In this document: piece by piece, positions 32,466 to 42,062 of the stretch
Layout of the letters: the number at the start of each line of letters is the position of its first letter
Numbering within the stretch: position 1 is the stretch's first letter
NCBI GenBank assembly: GCA_963721365.1
Contig: CAVRJE010000020.1
Span: 6,173 to 70,172 of the forward strand
From: an uncultured Actinomycetota bacterium
Lineage (GTDB): Bacteria > Actinomycetota > Thermoleophilia > RBG-16-64-13
Length of the DNA stretch: 64,000 nucleotides
Reading direction: 5' to 3'
Position numbers and translations under genes: made by a program
The notes under the pieces: generated by a model
Seen by the model: the letters and a program-made list of their open reading frames with translations, nothing else
What the model was told of the DNA's origin: nothing
The model's database searches: none

Positions 32466-32963
32466 CTAACCGTTTGCGAGAGCCGCCACACCCTCCGTCT
32501 CGTGCGGGCGCCAGCCGGCGCTGAAGAGGAAGAACAGCGCGGAGGTCCTCCCCAGGTGGGTGAACACCTGAGCAAGGCCGTCGGCGGCGACGTCCAGGTC
32601 GGTCCCCGCGCCGAGATCTAGGAGGTAGGCGTGGAACGGCGCGTGCCCGTCGTGCGCGCGCCCGTTGAGCCCGGCGATCTGCTCCAGGAACGTGCCGGCA
32701 TTCTTGATCACCGCCTCGATCTTCCGCCGGTTCCGGATGACCCCGGGGTCGGAGAGCAGCCGGGCCACGTCCTGCTCGTCCATCTGCGTGACCTGCGCCG
32801 GGTCGAAGCCGTGGAAGGCCAGGCCCATCTCCTTCCACCGCGACTCCACCACCTTGGGGCCCAGCCCGGCGGAGAAGACCGCCCGCGCCAGCAGGGCGAA
32901 GTATTCCTGATCGTTCTGCGGGTACTCACCGGCCCGCTGCATCCAGGGTTGCTTTTCGAACAT
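32466..32963 (-). CDS. DNA-3-methyladenine glycosylase I (Tag)-like protein
   Basis: 'VFSAGL', 'AFHGFDP..V', 'LL.DPGVIRNRRKIEAVIKNA'; AAGGAGG RBS. Confidence 0.8.
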   Translation of the reverse strand: MFEKQPWMQRAGEYPQNDQEYFALLARAVFSAGLGPKVVESRWKEMGLAFHGFDPAQVTQMDEQDVARLLSDPGVIRNRRKIEAVIKNAGTFLEQIAGLNGRAHDGHAPFHAYLLDLGAGTDLDVAADGLAQVFTHLGRTSALFFLFSAGWRPHETEGVAALANG

Positions 32964-33028
32964 CGCTCCTCCTTGCCTTCGCACCCGTGTACTGGAGCCG
33001 ATGCTAGGAGAAAGGAGCGGCTGGGTGA

Positions 33029-33703
33029 CTACACCAGAGGCTGGAACTTGGCGAGCCACTCCCGCGCCACGGCGGCGCGGTCGCTCAGGTCGAGCTCGCG
33101 CAGGCTCTTGTCGGGCATCAGCTCGACGATGCGGTCGGCCAACTGCAGCGCTTCGGTCAGATCGTGGGTGACGTAGACCACTGTGGTCGTCCGCTCTTTG
33201 AGGATCTGCTGCAGCGTGACCATCAAGGACGACTTGAGGGTGGCGTCCATGTTGCTGAAGGGCTCGTCCATGAGCAGGATGGCCGGCTCCACCGACAGGG
33301 CGCGCGCTACCGAGACGCGCTGGGCCATCCCGCCGCTCAGCTCGGCCGGATGGTAGTGCTCGAACCCGGCCAAGTCGACCCTGGCGAGCCAGCGCGCGGC
33401 CTTCTCCCGCGCCTCGGCCTTGGCGAGCCCCTGGGCGCGGAGCGGAGCGGCCACGTTATCGAGGGCGGTGCGCCAGGGCAGCAGCCTCGGCTCCTGGAAC
33501 ACGTACCCCATCACGCCGTCGGCGACCTGCACCACTCCCGCGTCCGGGCTCAGGATGCCGGTGATGAGCTTGAGGATGGTGGTCTTCCCCACTCCCGACG
33601 GTCCCACTACTCCCAGGATCTGTCCCGACGAGACATGGAACGAGAGATCGTTCAAGACTTCGAGCGAATCGAACGACTTGCTCACGTGCTCGAAGGCGAT
33701 CAT
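33029..33703 (-). CDS. NitT/TauT-family ABC transporter ATP-binding protein
   Basis: GPSGVGKT, 'FQEPRLLPW', LSGGM, 'LLMDEPF', 'VTHD'. Confidence 0.93.
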   Translation of the reverse strand: MIAFEHVSKSFDSLEVLNDLSFHVSSGQILGVVGPSGVGKTTILKLITGILSPDAGVVQVADGVMGYVFQEPRLLPWRTALDNVAAPLRAQGLAKAEAREKAARWLARVDLAGFEHYHPAELSGGMAQRVSVARALSVEPAILLMDEPFSNMDATLKSSLMVTLQQILKERTTTVVYVTHDLTEALQLADRIVELMPDKSLRELDLSDRAAVAREWLAKFQPLV

Positions 33704-33746
33704 CGCGCGGGCCTCCGCGCGCCGGCGCCGCTCATCGTGCCGCGGC

Positions 33747-34527
33747 TCACTGCGGGGCCTTCCGCCAGCGCATGGCCCGCCTCTTGACCGGCCGCAGCAC
33801 GCCGAACTCGATCACCGCCATGAGCACGAGCAGCACCAGGACCCAGGCGAAGAGCTGCGGGGTCTCGAGAAAGCTCATGGCCCGGGAGAAAGCATGTCCG
33901 ATCCCGTTCGTGGCTGCGAGGACCTCGGCCAGGACCACGGCCCGGACGGCGATGCCGGTGGCCAGGGTGAGCCCCGCGATCGCCGGAGAGGCGACGCCCG
34001 GCAGGTAGATCTCCCTGAGCAGGAGGCCGCGCGAGAAGCGGTAGACCCGGCCCATCTCCACCAGCCGCCGGTCGATGGCGAGGACTCCCTCGACCGTGTT
34101 CACGTACATGGTCGGGATCACGATGAGCGCGACCACGAACATCACCGTGAAGTCGCCCAGGCCGAACCAGAGCATGGCCAGCACGGCGATGATGACGACG
34201 GGGATGGTCATCCCCACCCAACGGAGCGGCTCGAAGAACGCCCGCAACCGCGGCTCCAGGCCGGCCGCCACACCAAGCACCCAGCCGACCGCGGCGCCCA
34301 CCGCCAGGCCGATGACCAGGCGCTTGAGCGTGATGAGGAGCTGCACCCAGAGGGTGCTGCCCCAGGCCAGATCGGCCAAGGCCCGGATGGTCGCGGCGGG
34401 CGAGGCCATGATGACCGGGTTGACGAACAGCGAGAGCAGCTGCCATCCGATGAGGATGGCAGCTGCTCCCGCGAGCGTGTAGAGCAGACGGGTGCGCTCT
34501 AGGGGGTGTGGTTGAAGTAGAAGCCAT
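33747..34527 (-). CDS. NitT/TauT-family ABC transporter permease (frameshift near the start)
   Basis: EAA-like 'IDRRLVEMGRVY' and 'VVLAEV.A...GIG'; the ATG at 34527 shifts frame at the C5 run near 34503. Confidence 0.88.
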
Positions 34528-35637
34528 CGTCGGGCACCTTGCCGCCGATCACCTCGGGCGAGAGCTCCGACAGGTCCTGATAGAACGCTTCCAGGCTCGC
34601 CCGGGCGTCCACGGCAGTCGTGTACTTCCAGGCGATGCTCTTGAGCGAAGCGGTCATGACGGCGGCTTTCAGACCGAGCTGCGGCAATTGCGTCTCCACC
34701 AGCTTGCCGGCTTCTTCGGGATTGTCCAGCATCCACTGCACCGCTGCCTTGTACTCGCGCTCGAAGGCCGCGATGACCTCGGGCTTGTCGAGCACGGACG
34801 CAGTGGCGACCGTGCCTGCAATGGGGCTGTCGGTGCCTCCTGACGCCTCGGCCCAGGCCTGGTCGAAGGCGAGAGCCCGGTGCAGCGGCTTGGCGGCCGT
34901 CGCGGTCTGCAGGATGACGGCGGTGGCGAGCGCCTCGCTGAGCACCGCGTTCGACCTGGCCCGACAGCAGCAGCTGCGCGGCCTGCGTGGGGTCGGCGGC
35001 GTAGCGAAGCTTGAAGTCCTTCTGCGGATCGAGCCCTTCGCGACTTGGCGATGTACTGGAACATCAGGTCGGGCACGCTGCCCTCGAACGGCACCACCAG
35101 CGACTGCCCCTTGATGTCGGCGAAGCTCCTGGCTGTGGCGTCGCCAGTGATGAGGTAGGTGATGTTCCACACGGAGATGTCGAGCAGTTGGAGCTTGAGG
35201 CCCTTGTTGTAGAAGATGGCCGAGCTGTTGGACGGCATGGTGACGAAGTCGCCCTGTTTGCCGGCCACGTAGGCCTTGAGCTGGTCGGCGTTCTCCCAGA
35301 TGACCACTTCGGTCTTGTCGGCCACATCGGCGAGCTTGTTGTTGACCGCCATGTACGCCAGCGGGATGGCCATGGGGCCGGGCGGCGCCACCAGGGTGAG
35401 CTTGTCCAGCTTGGCGGCCGGGGCCGATGTGGTCGTGGCGGCCTTCGGAGGCGCTGGTGAGGCGCGGTCGTGCGTGGTCGGGGCCGGTCGTGGGCACCTC
35501 GGTAGCTGCCGGCGACGACGTGTGGTGTCGGAGCCCGACGAGCCGCAGCCGGCCAGACCGACGGCAAGCGCCAGCACTGCGACCAGTGCAAGCGCCAGGA
35601 TAAGGCCGGCGACGAGATTCTTCCTGGAGAGCATCAT
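34499..35637 (-). CDS. ABC transporter substrate-binding lipoprotein (several frameshifts)
   Basis: Lipobox 'LAGC', 'APPGP', 'PSN..AIFYNKG', C-terminal 'IGGKVPDDGFYF'. Confidence 0.8.
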
Positions 35638-35884
35638 TCGTCGAAGTCCATCCTCTGCAGCTCCGACGCCTTTCAGTTCTCCAAGATCCTTGTAGAACGT
35701 CTCTGCCTCGGCACCGAACACGTCGACCAGCACCAGACCGCTCGGGGAGCAGCTGGTCATGTCGGCGTCGTGGATGCCCAAGCCGCGTGCGGATGCTGCA
35801 CCCGTACTTGGTCAGGACCGCCTGGACCGCCGGCACGTTCTCGGTGCGGTGCGAGATGTGGATGCCGAAGATCGTGTGCTTCAT
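35634..35884 (-). CDS. TM1266-like 'iron-only hydrogenase system regulator' (ACT-like), frameshifted
   Basis: Reconstructed MKHTIFGIHISHRTENVPAVQAVLTKYGCSIRTRLGIHDADMTSCSPSGLVLVDV...QRMDFDE; 'VQxxLTxYGCxIxTRLG' signature. Confidence 0.75.
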
Positions 35885-35984
35885 GAGGAATCCCCTTTCT
35901 CGTTGGGGCTGCGCTGCGACCCTCTTGCTGTAGTGCGACAGCGAGTCTCCGGTCGAAGCCGATCTGTGAACCCGCCTCCGACTG

Positions 35985-36029
35985 TTGACTTGCATGGCCT
36001 ATGGTAGTAGATTGTGAAACGTATAACAA
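35985..36029 (+). promoter_or_regulatory. Sigma70-type promoter overlapped by a Rex operator
   Basis: TTGACT(35985)-N17-TAGATT(36008). TTGTGAA-acgt-ATAACAA (36012-36029) matches the Rex consensus TTGTGAA-N4-TTCACAA and lies directly upstream of rex. Confidence 0.8.
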
Positions 36030-36059
36030 CGTTGTTACTGACGTAACGTTGGGGAAAAC

Positions 36060-37172
36060 GTGGCAACGTCCGGAAAACCCGTGGTCTCGCGAAAGACGGT
36101 GCAGCGGCTCAGCCGGTATCGCCGTTTGCTCACCGATCTCCAAGAGACCGGCACCACCAGCATCTACTCTCACCAACTCGCCCACCTCGCCGGCGTCAGC
36201 GCCGCGCAGGTGCGCAGAGACTTCATGGTGATCGGCTACTCGGGAAGCCCCAACCGCGGCTATCAGCTCGACACTTGCCTGGCCAGCATCGAGAACCTGC
36301 TCGACGGCACCACCCGCCAGGACGTAGCTCTGGTCGGACTCGGCCGGCTGGGGCATTCGGTGTTGGCGCACTTCGCCGGCCGGCGCCCGCTGCTGCGCAT
36401 CGCCGCCGGCTTCGACACCGATCCCGACGCTCATCGGCACCTCGGTGGAGGGTTGCCCGGTGCACGCCATGGCCGACCTCGAGCAGGTGGTCAAGCAGAA
36501 GGGCATCCGGGTGGCCATCCTCGCGGTGCCGCCGGAGACCGCCCAAGCGGTCGCCGAGTCGCTGGTGCGGGCCGGCGTGCGGAGCATCGTCGACTTCACC
36601 GCCGTGCCCTCTGCGCCTGCCCGAGAACGTCTTCGTGCGGCACATGGACATCACCTCGGCTCTGGAGACCGCGGCCTTCTTCGCCCGCCAGGACGGAGAT
36701 CCCGAGCCGGATGGCGACGCAGACATCTCCGGAGGCCGAGAACGGCGGCGAGAACGGCGCCGAGGCCGAGATGCGAGCCGATCATCCACACCATCGATTC
36801 GCTCTTGGCGGGGGCCGACATGAAGCTGGACGAACTCGCCCGCCGGATCGGCGCGAAGGTGCTGACGCCGGGTCCCGCGGACGCCAAGATAACCAGGATC
36901 TACGCCGGCGACCGGGTCAGCGACCTGCTGAACGAGGCCTCGAGCAAGACCCTGCTCGTGACCAACCTGGCCAACCTGCAGATGCTCCGGGTAGCCGAAC
37001 TCATGGAAGTGCCGGGCGTCTGCTTCGTCGACGGAGTGGAACCCGACCAGGAGGTGGTCGAGCTCGCCTCCCGAACCACACCATGCTGATGGTCTCCCCC
37101 GTCGGGGTGTTCGAGACCTGCGGCCTCATCTACCAACTGCTGGCCGGCATGCAGAACGGGACCGGCACGTGA
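36060..37172 (+). CDS. rex: Redox-sensing repressor Rex, probably fused via an acidic linker to a DRTGG domain (multiple frameshifts)
   Basis: 'RLSRYRRLL', 'AAQVRRDF', 'RGY', 'VGLGRLG', 'AILAVP', then 'YAGDRVSDLL...LLVTNLAN.Q..RVAEL'. Alternative reading: two genes joined by ATGA at 36820-36823. Confidence 0.85.
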   Translation: MATSGKPVVSRKTVQRLSRYRRLLTDLQETGTTSIYSHQLAHLAGVSAAQVRRDFMVIGYSGSPNRGYQLDTCLASIENLLDGTTRQDVALVGLGRLGHSVLAHFAGRRPLLRIAAGFDTDPDAHRHLGGGLPGARHGRPRAGGQAEGHPGGHPRGAAGDRPSGRRVAGAGRRAEHRRLHRRALCACPRTSSCGTWTSPRLWRPRPSSPARTEIPSRMATQTSPEAENGGENGAEAEMRADHPHHRFALGGGRHEAGRTRPPDRREGADAGSRGRQDNQDLRRRPGQRPAERGLEQDPARDQPGQPADAPGSRTHGSAGRLLRRRSGTRPGGGRARLPNHTMLMVSPVGVFETCGLIYQLLAGMQNGTGT

Positions 37173-37188
37173 GCACGCGAGGCCGCTG

Positions 37189-38860
37189 ATGGAGTTCGTC
37201 TCCTTCGACATCGAGAGCAACGACTTCCGCCGGGCGGGGGCCGCTTCGCGCGCCATCAAGGAGCACCTCAAGCGCATCGGAGCCGATGCGGAGGCCATCC
37301 GGCGCACCATGATCGCCGCGTATGAGGCGGAGATGAACGTGGTGATCCACTCGGTCGGAGGGCAGGCTGGAGGCCTCGCTCTCCGATTCGCGCATCGACG
37401 TCAACGTCGTCGACGAGGGCCCGGGCATACCGGATATCGACCTCGCCATGAACGAGGGCTACTCCACTGCCAGCGCCGCGGCCCGGGCGCTGGGCTTCGG
37501 GGCCGGGATGGGCCTGCCGAACATCAAGCGCAGCAGCGACCGCCTGCGGGTCACCTCGCGGGTCGGCGAAGGCACCCGGGTGAGCTTCACCGTCTACCTC
37601 AGCCCGGAGGTCACGGGTGCGGCCCCGAGCATCTCCCTCTACGCTTCCGCGGACCGCTGCCGCGATTGCCGGGCCTGCCTCACGGCTTGTCCGACTCAGG
37701 CGCTCCGGGTACGGGATGGCAGACCGAGCGTGCTCGAGCATCTCTGCATCGACTGCAACCAGTGCATCGCGGCCTGCAGCACGGGCGCGTTGACCGTACG
37801 GGACGTCCTTCCGTCGGTCGACGACGTGGTCGTCCGGGAGGATGCGGCGTTGGTGGTGCCGCCGGCGCTGCTGGCCGGATGTGGAGCGGACTACCCGCCC
37901 GACCGCGTGCTCGCCGCTCTTGGCCGGCTGGGCTTCGCCGAAGTGAACACGGCGACCCCGTTCGAGGAAGCCCTGCGGGAGGCCGCGCTCGAGACCGCCG
38001 AGGGCGAGGGGCCCCGGACCGGTGATCGTGCCGGCGTGCCCGGCAGTCGTGAACCTCATCGAGCTCCGGTTCCCGTCGCTCGTGGGCCTGCTCGCGCCTT
38101 TCGATTCTCCCTGGGAGGCGGTCGTGGCATCGGGCGGCGGGCGGCCTCTCGCCTGCGTGGTCTCCTGCCCCAGCCAGCGCTCGGTCCTCGCCCAGGAGCA
38201 GACGCCGGCAGCGGGAGGCGACGCGGCACCGTCGTCGAATGCCTTTTGCCCGACGCCGTCCGTCAGCCGCTCATGCGGGAGCTGACCGGGCACGCGCCCC
38301 TCGACGCGGCTGTGGCCGCAGAGGACGGCCGGCAGACAGCCGGCGGAACGCGGGAGGCCGGCGGACCGAGCACACGGACCCGAATGACGACGGGCTGCTG
38401 GTGGTCAGCGGCATCCGCCACGTCATGGCGGTGCTGGAGGAGATCGAGAACGGCCTGCTCGAAGACGTGACGGCGCTGGAGGCCTACGCGTGCGAGGGCG
38501 GCTGCTTCGGCTCTCCGCTGCTCTTCGAGGACCATCACGTCGCCCGCCGCCGGTGGAGCCGCGGGAGAGCCGCCGTCGAGGGCGTGGAAGCCGCGGGACC
38601 CGCGGCGAAGGCACGTCACGGCGGTGCCCCGGCGCCGGCCCTACGCGGCCCGTCCGGGGATCCGCCTCGACTCCGACATGGGGCGCGCCATCCAGAAGCT
38701 CGGCCGCCTCCAGGCCATCACCCATTCGCTGCCGGGACGCGACTGCGGCGCCTGTGGCGCCCCCACCTGTGCCGCTTTGGCGGAAGACGTCGTCATGGAG
38801 CGGGCCGGCGTCGAGCTGTGCCCGTATATCGCCGGCGAAAAGGAGGATACGGACTCATGA
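37189..38860 (+). CDS. RsbT/RsbW-like Ser/Thr kinase fused to 2x[4Fe-4S] + degenerate [FeFe] H-domain + FeS domain (frameshifts)
   Basis: 'IAAYEAEMNVVIH', 'DEGPGI', 'GFGAGMGLPNIKR' run in frame into CRDCRACLTACP and CIDCNQCIAACS. Later segments: 'PACPAVV', 'SCPSQ', 'ACEGGCFG', 'LPGRDCGACGAPTC...C'. Confidence 0.8.
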
Positions 38861-39306
38861 GACTGCACGAACTGGCCCAGGCTCTGGATCTCCGCGAGTT
38901 CACTCCTTCTGTGGACGACGACGCGGAGATCACGCACGGCTACGTGTCGGATCTGCTGAGCGACGTCCTGGCGCATGCTCCTGCCGGCGGCGTCCTGGTG
39001 ACCCTCCAGGTGAACCCGGCCGTCCTCGCGGTCGCGGGCCTTGCGGGCCTGCGTGCGGTCATCTTCTCGTCCGGCCGAAAGCCCCACGATGACATCGTCG
39101 AAAGGTTCACGGCGGATGGGATATCCCTGTTCGGATCGCAGGCGGACAGCTTCGAGGTAGTAGGGCGGCTGTACGATTTGGGACTCCAGGGCAGGCAAGG
39201 ACCGCAGAGCGGGCGTGCCCCCTCCCTGCGCGGTCGTGGGCGAAGACATCCTGCCGAAGCAGACTGGCCCGGCGCTCTGCCTCTGACCCTTCAGACTGGA
39301 GGATAG
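38857..39306 (+). CDS. DRTGG domain protein (copy 1)
   Basis: 'GYVSDLLSDVLAHA...VLVTLQ'. Confidence 0.8.
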   Translation: MRLHELAQALDLREFTPSVDDDAEITHGYVSDLLSDVLAHAPAGGVLVTLQVNPAVLAVAGLAGLRAVIFSSGRKPHDDIVERFTADGISLFGSQADSFEVVGRLYDLGLQGRQGPQSGRAPSLRGRGRRHPAEADWPGALPLTLQTGG

Positions 39307-39309
39307 AAA

Positions 39310-39660
39310 GTGATGACTCTCAAGGATCTTGCCGAAGTCCTGGATCTCCGTCCCCTTACGGCCCAGGTCGAAGACGATGCCGAGATCACGCACGGCTATG
39401 CCTCTGATCTGTTGAGCGACGTCCTGGCGCACGCGCCGGCGGGCGGGGTGCTGATAACCCTCCAGGTGCACTTGAATGTCATCGCGGTGGCGAGCCACGC
39501 CGGCTTGCGCGCGGTCATCTTCTCCTGCGGCCGCGTTCCCGATGACGAGATCCTCGAGAGAGCGGCCGGCGAGGGGCTGTCCCTGTTCGGGAGCAAGGCC
39601 GACACGTTCGAGATCGTCGGGCGCCTCTACGAGTTGGGACTCCGCGGGAGCCCGGCGTGA
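39310..39660 (+). CDS. DRTGG domain protein (copy 2)
   Basis: 'GYASDLLSDVLAHA...ITLQVHLNVIAVA'. Confidence 0.85.
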   Translation: MMTLKDLAEVLDLRPLTAQVEDDAEITHGYASDLLSDVLAHAPAGGVLITLQVHLNVIAVASHAGLRAVIFSCGRVPDDEILERAAGEGLSLFGSKADTFEIVGRLYELGLRGSPA

Positions 39661-39680
39661 AGGCCTGACGGAAGGAAACC

Positions 39681-40542
39681 ATGCTTGAACGACGAGAGCA
39701 CATCGATGTCCGGCGGCCACCCAGCGAGCGACCCCCCCGCGGGCGGCGCCCCCACGGGGCGCCTCACTCCGGGGCTCAAACGGTTCCGTGCGGATCTGCA
39801 TATCCACACGGCGCTGTCGCCCTGCGGCTCGGACGAGATGACTCCCGCCGCCATCGTCGCGGCCGCCTCGGCGAGGGGGCTTGACATGATCGCCGTCTGC
39901 GACCACAACACCGCGGGCAACGTGTTGGCCGTGCAGCAGGCGGGCGAGGCAGCCGGAGGCGGCCTCGCCGTCATCGCCGGCATGGAGTTGACGAGCGCCG
40001 AGGAGGTGCACGTGGTGGGTCTCTTCCCCGACGCCGCCGCGGCCGAGCGCGCGGCCGCTCGGGTGCGCTCCCTCCTCCCCCAGGCCGATCCCGACTACTA
40101 CTCGTTCTTCGGCGAGCAGCCGCTGCTTGGCGGCGGACGGGCGCGAGGTGGGGTCGGAGACCGCCGCCCTGGCGCTGGCCACTCCTCTGGATCTGACGGA
40201 GGCGGTAGCGCTCATCCACAGCGAAGGCGGGCTGGCCGTGGCGGCGCACGTGGACCGGAAATCGTTCGGCGTCTTCTCGCAGCTGGGTTTCTTCCCCGAC
40301 GACGCCGGCTTCGACGGGCTCGAGGTGTCCAGGTGGCTGCCCGCGGATTCGCCGCGGCTCGCCGAGCTTCGCGGCTCCCGGCCTTCCCCTTGTGAGCTCC
40401 TCCGACAGCCATTACCTGGAGGAGATCGGGACGGGCTGCACCGTGCTGTATCTCGCGGAGCCGACTTTCGCCGAACTGGCTCTCGCCCTGGCGAGGGACC
40501 GGAGGCCGGAGTGTGGCCCGGGAGGGCGTGGGCCATGCATGA
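39681..40542 (+). CDS. PHP-family phosphoesterase (frameshifts; end approximate)
   Basis: 'DLHIHT.LSPC', 'CDHN', 'GMEL..AEEVH', 'AHVDR', 'SSDSH'. Confidence 0.85.
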
Positions 40543-41032
40543 CCTCTCCCTGTATCTGCTCGAAGTGCTCGAGAACTCGACGCGCGCCGGAGCGACCCGG
40601 GTGGACGTAGAACTGTACGTCGACCATGCGGCCGACGAGTTGCGCCTGGCCGTCGACGACGACGGCCACGGCCTGACGGCCACGCCCGAGCAGACGCTCG
40701 ACCCCTTCTACACGACTAAGCCAGGCAAAAAGACCGGCCTGGGTCTGAGCCTGCTCAGGGCCGACGCGCAGGCAGCCGGTGGCGACCTGCGGATCGGGCC
40801 CTCGCCCAGCCTGGGTGGGGTCAGAGTGGAGGCGTTCATGCAGCTCGGCCACGTGGACCGGCCTCCGCTCGGGGATGTGGCCACCAGCATCATCGTGACG
40901 GCGGCCACCAACCCGGCGGTCACCTTTACCGTCAGTCTCGCGGGCGACGAGTTCGATCCTCCTCTCGTCCACGCTCCTCCCCTGGAGGCCGCGACGCGGC
41001 TCCAACGACTCACGGAGGAGCTCGTGACTTGA
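40535..41032 (+). CDS. Stand-alone HATPase_c (kinase-like ATPase) typical of hnd clusters
   Basis: 'DLSLYLLEVLENS.RAGA', 'DDDGHG', 'DPFYTTK', 'GLGL', 'HVDRPPLGD'. Confidence 0.88.
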   Translation: MHDLSLYLLEVLENSTRAGATRVDVELYVDHAADELRLAVDDDGHGLTATPEQTLDPFYTTKPGKKTGLGLSLLRADAQAAGGDLRIGPSPSLGGVRVEAFMQLGHVDRPPLGDVATSIIVTAATNPAVTFTVSLAGDEFDPPLVHAPPLEAATRLQRLTEELVT

Positions 41033-41120
41033 CTGGAGAAACAGCCCGGGTGCAGCCCAAAGCGCCCGGCAAGGCGAACAGAGACGGCGATCAGCGACTG
41101 GAAGAAAGGAAGTTGTGGGC

Positions 41121-41669
41121 ATGACCGATGACGTGGGGAAAGCGGGCTGCGCGGGCTGTGAGGAAGCCTCCGAAGAGGAGCTTCTCGCCCGCCTGGACGA
41201 AGTGATCGAGATGTACAAGGACAAGCCGGGGGCCCTCATCCCGGTGTTGCAGTTGGCCCAGGGCATCTTCGGCTATCTGCCCGAGGTGGCGCTCAAACGT
41301 ATCGCCAGAGGCATGCACAAGCCCTACAGCGAGGTAGCCGGCGTGGTGGGCTTCTACTCGTTCTTCTCGACGGTCCCGCGGGGGCGCAATCTCGTCCGCG
41401 TGTGCCTGGGGACAGCCTGCTACGTGCGCGGCGGGATGGCGGTACTCGAGTCCCTCAAGAAGGAGCTGGGCATCGACGTCGGCGAGACGACCGAGGACCG
41501 CGAGTTCTCCCTCGAAGTGGCGCGGTGCTTCGGGGCCTGCGGCCTGGCCCCGGTGATAACCATCAACGACGTGGTGCATCACCGGGTGAAGCCTGCCCGG
41601 ATTCGCGAGGTGCTGGCTCAATACGCGCCGGAGGCGGTAGCCGCCGGGGCTGGGGAAAGGAACGCCTGA
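41121..41669 (+). CDS. hydC: [FeFe] hydrogenase subunit HydC/HndA (NuoE-like [2Fe-2S])
   Basis: 'LIPVLQ..Q..FGYLP', 'CLGTAC', 'CFGACGLAP'. Confidence 0.92.
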   Translation: MTDDVGKAGCAGCEEASEEELLARLDEVIEMYKDKPGALIPVLQLAQGIFGYLPEVALKRIARGMHKPYSEVAGVVGFYSFFSTVPRGRNLVRVCLGTACYVRGGMAVLESLKKELGIDVGETTEDREFSLEVARCFGACGLAPVITINDVVHHRVKPARIREVLAQYAPEAVAAGAGERNA

Positions 41670-42046
41670 TGGCTGACAAGATCAACAGCCCGGCCGACCT
41701 GCTGGCGATGGCCGGCAAGGCCAAGGAGGACATCGACCTTCGCTCGGGCGCCAAAGAGATCAAGGTCACTGTCCACATGGGCACCTGCGGCATCGCCGCC
41801 GGGGCCCGGGACGTGGTGGTCTCCTTCCTCACCGAGATCGGCGACGCGAAGCTCGACAACGTGACCATCCACCAGTCCGGCTGCGCCGGCCTCTGCGAGA
41901 TGGAGCCCATGGCGACCGTGCAGTTCGCGGACGGGTCCGTGTACCACTACGGGCATCTGGAGAGCCGCGAGAAGGTGCACCAGATCGTCCAGTCCCACCT
42001 GGTCGAGGGCAAACCGGTCACCGAGTACCTTGTCAAGTCGGCGTAG
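41669..42046 (+). CDS. Thioredoxin-like [2Fe-2S] subunit HndB/HydD
   Basis: 'VHMGTCGIAAGAR' and 'GCAGLCEMEP'. Confidence 0.9.
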   Translation: MADKINSPADLLAMAGKAKEDIDLRSGAKEIKVTVHMGTCGIAAGARDVVVSFLTEIGDAKLDNVTIHQSGCAGLCEMEPMATVQFADGSVYHYGHLESREKVHQIVQSHLVEGKPVTEYLVKSA

Positions 42047-42062
42047 GAGAGTGACTGAGGAT

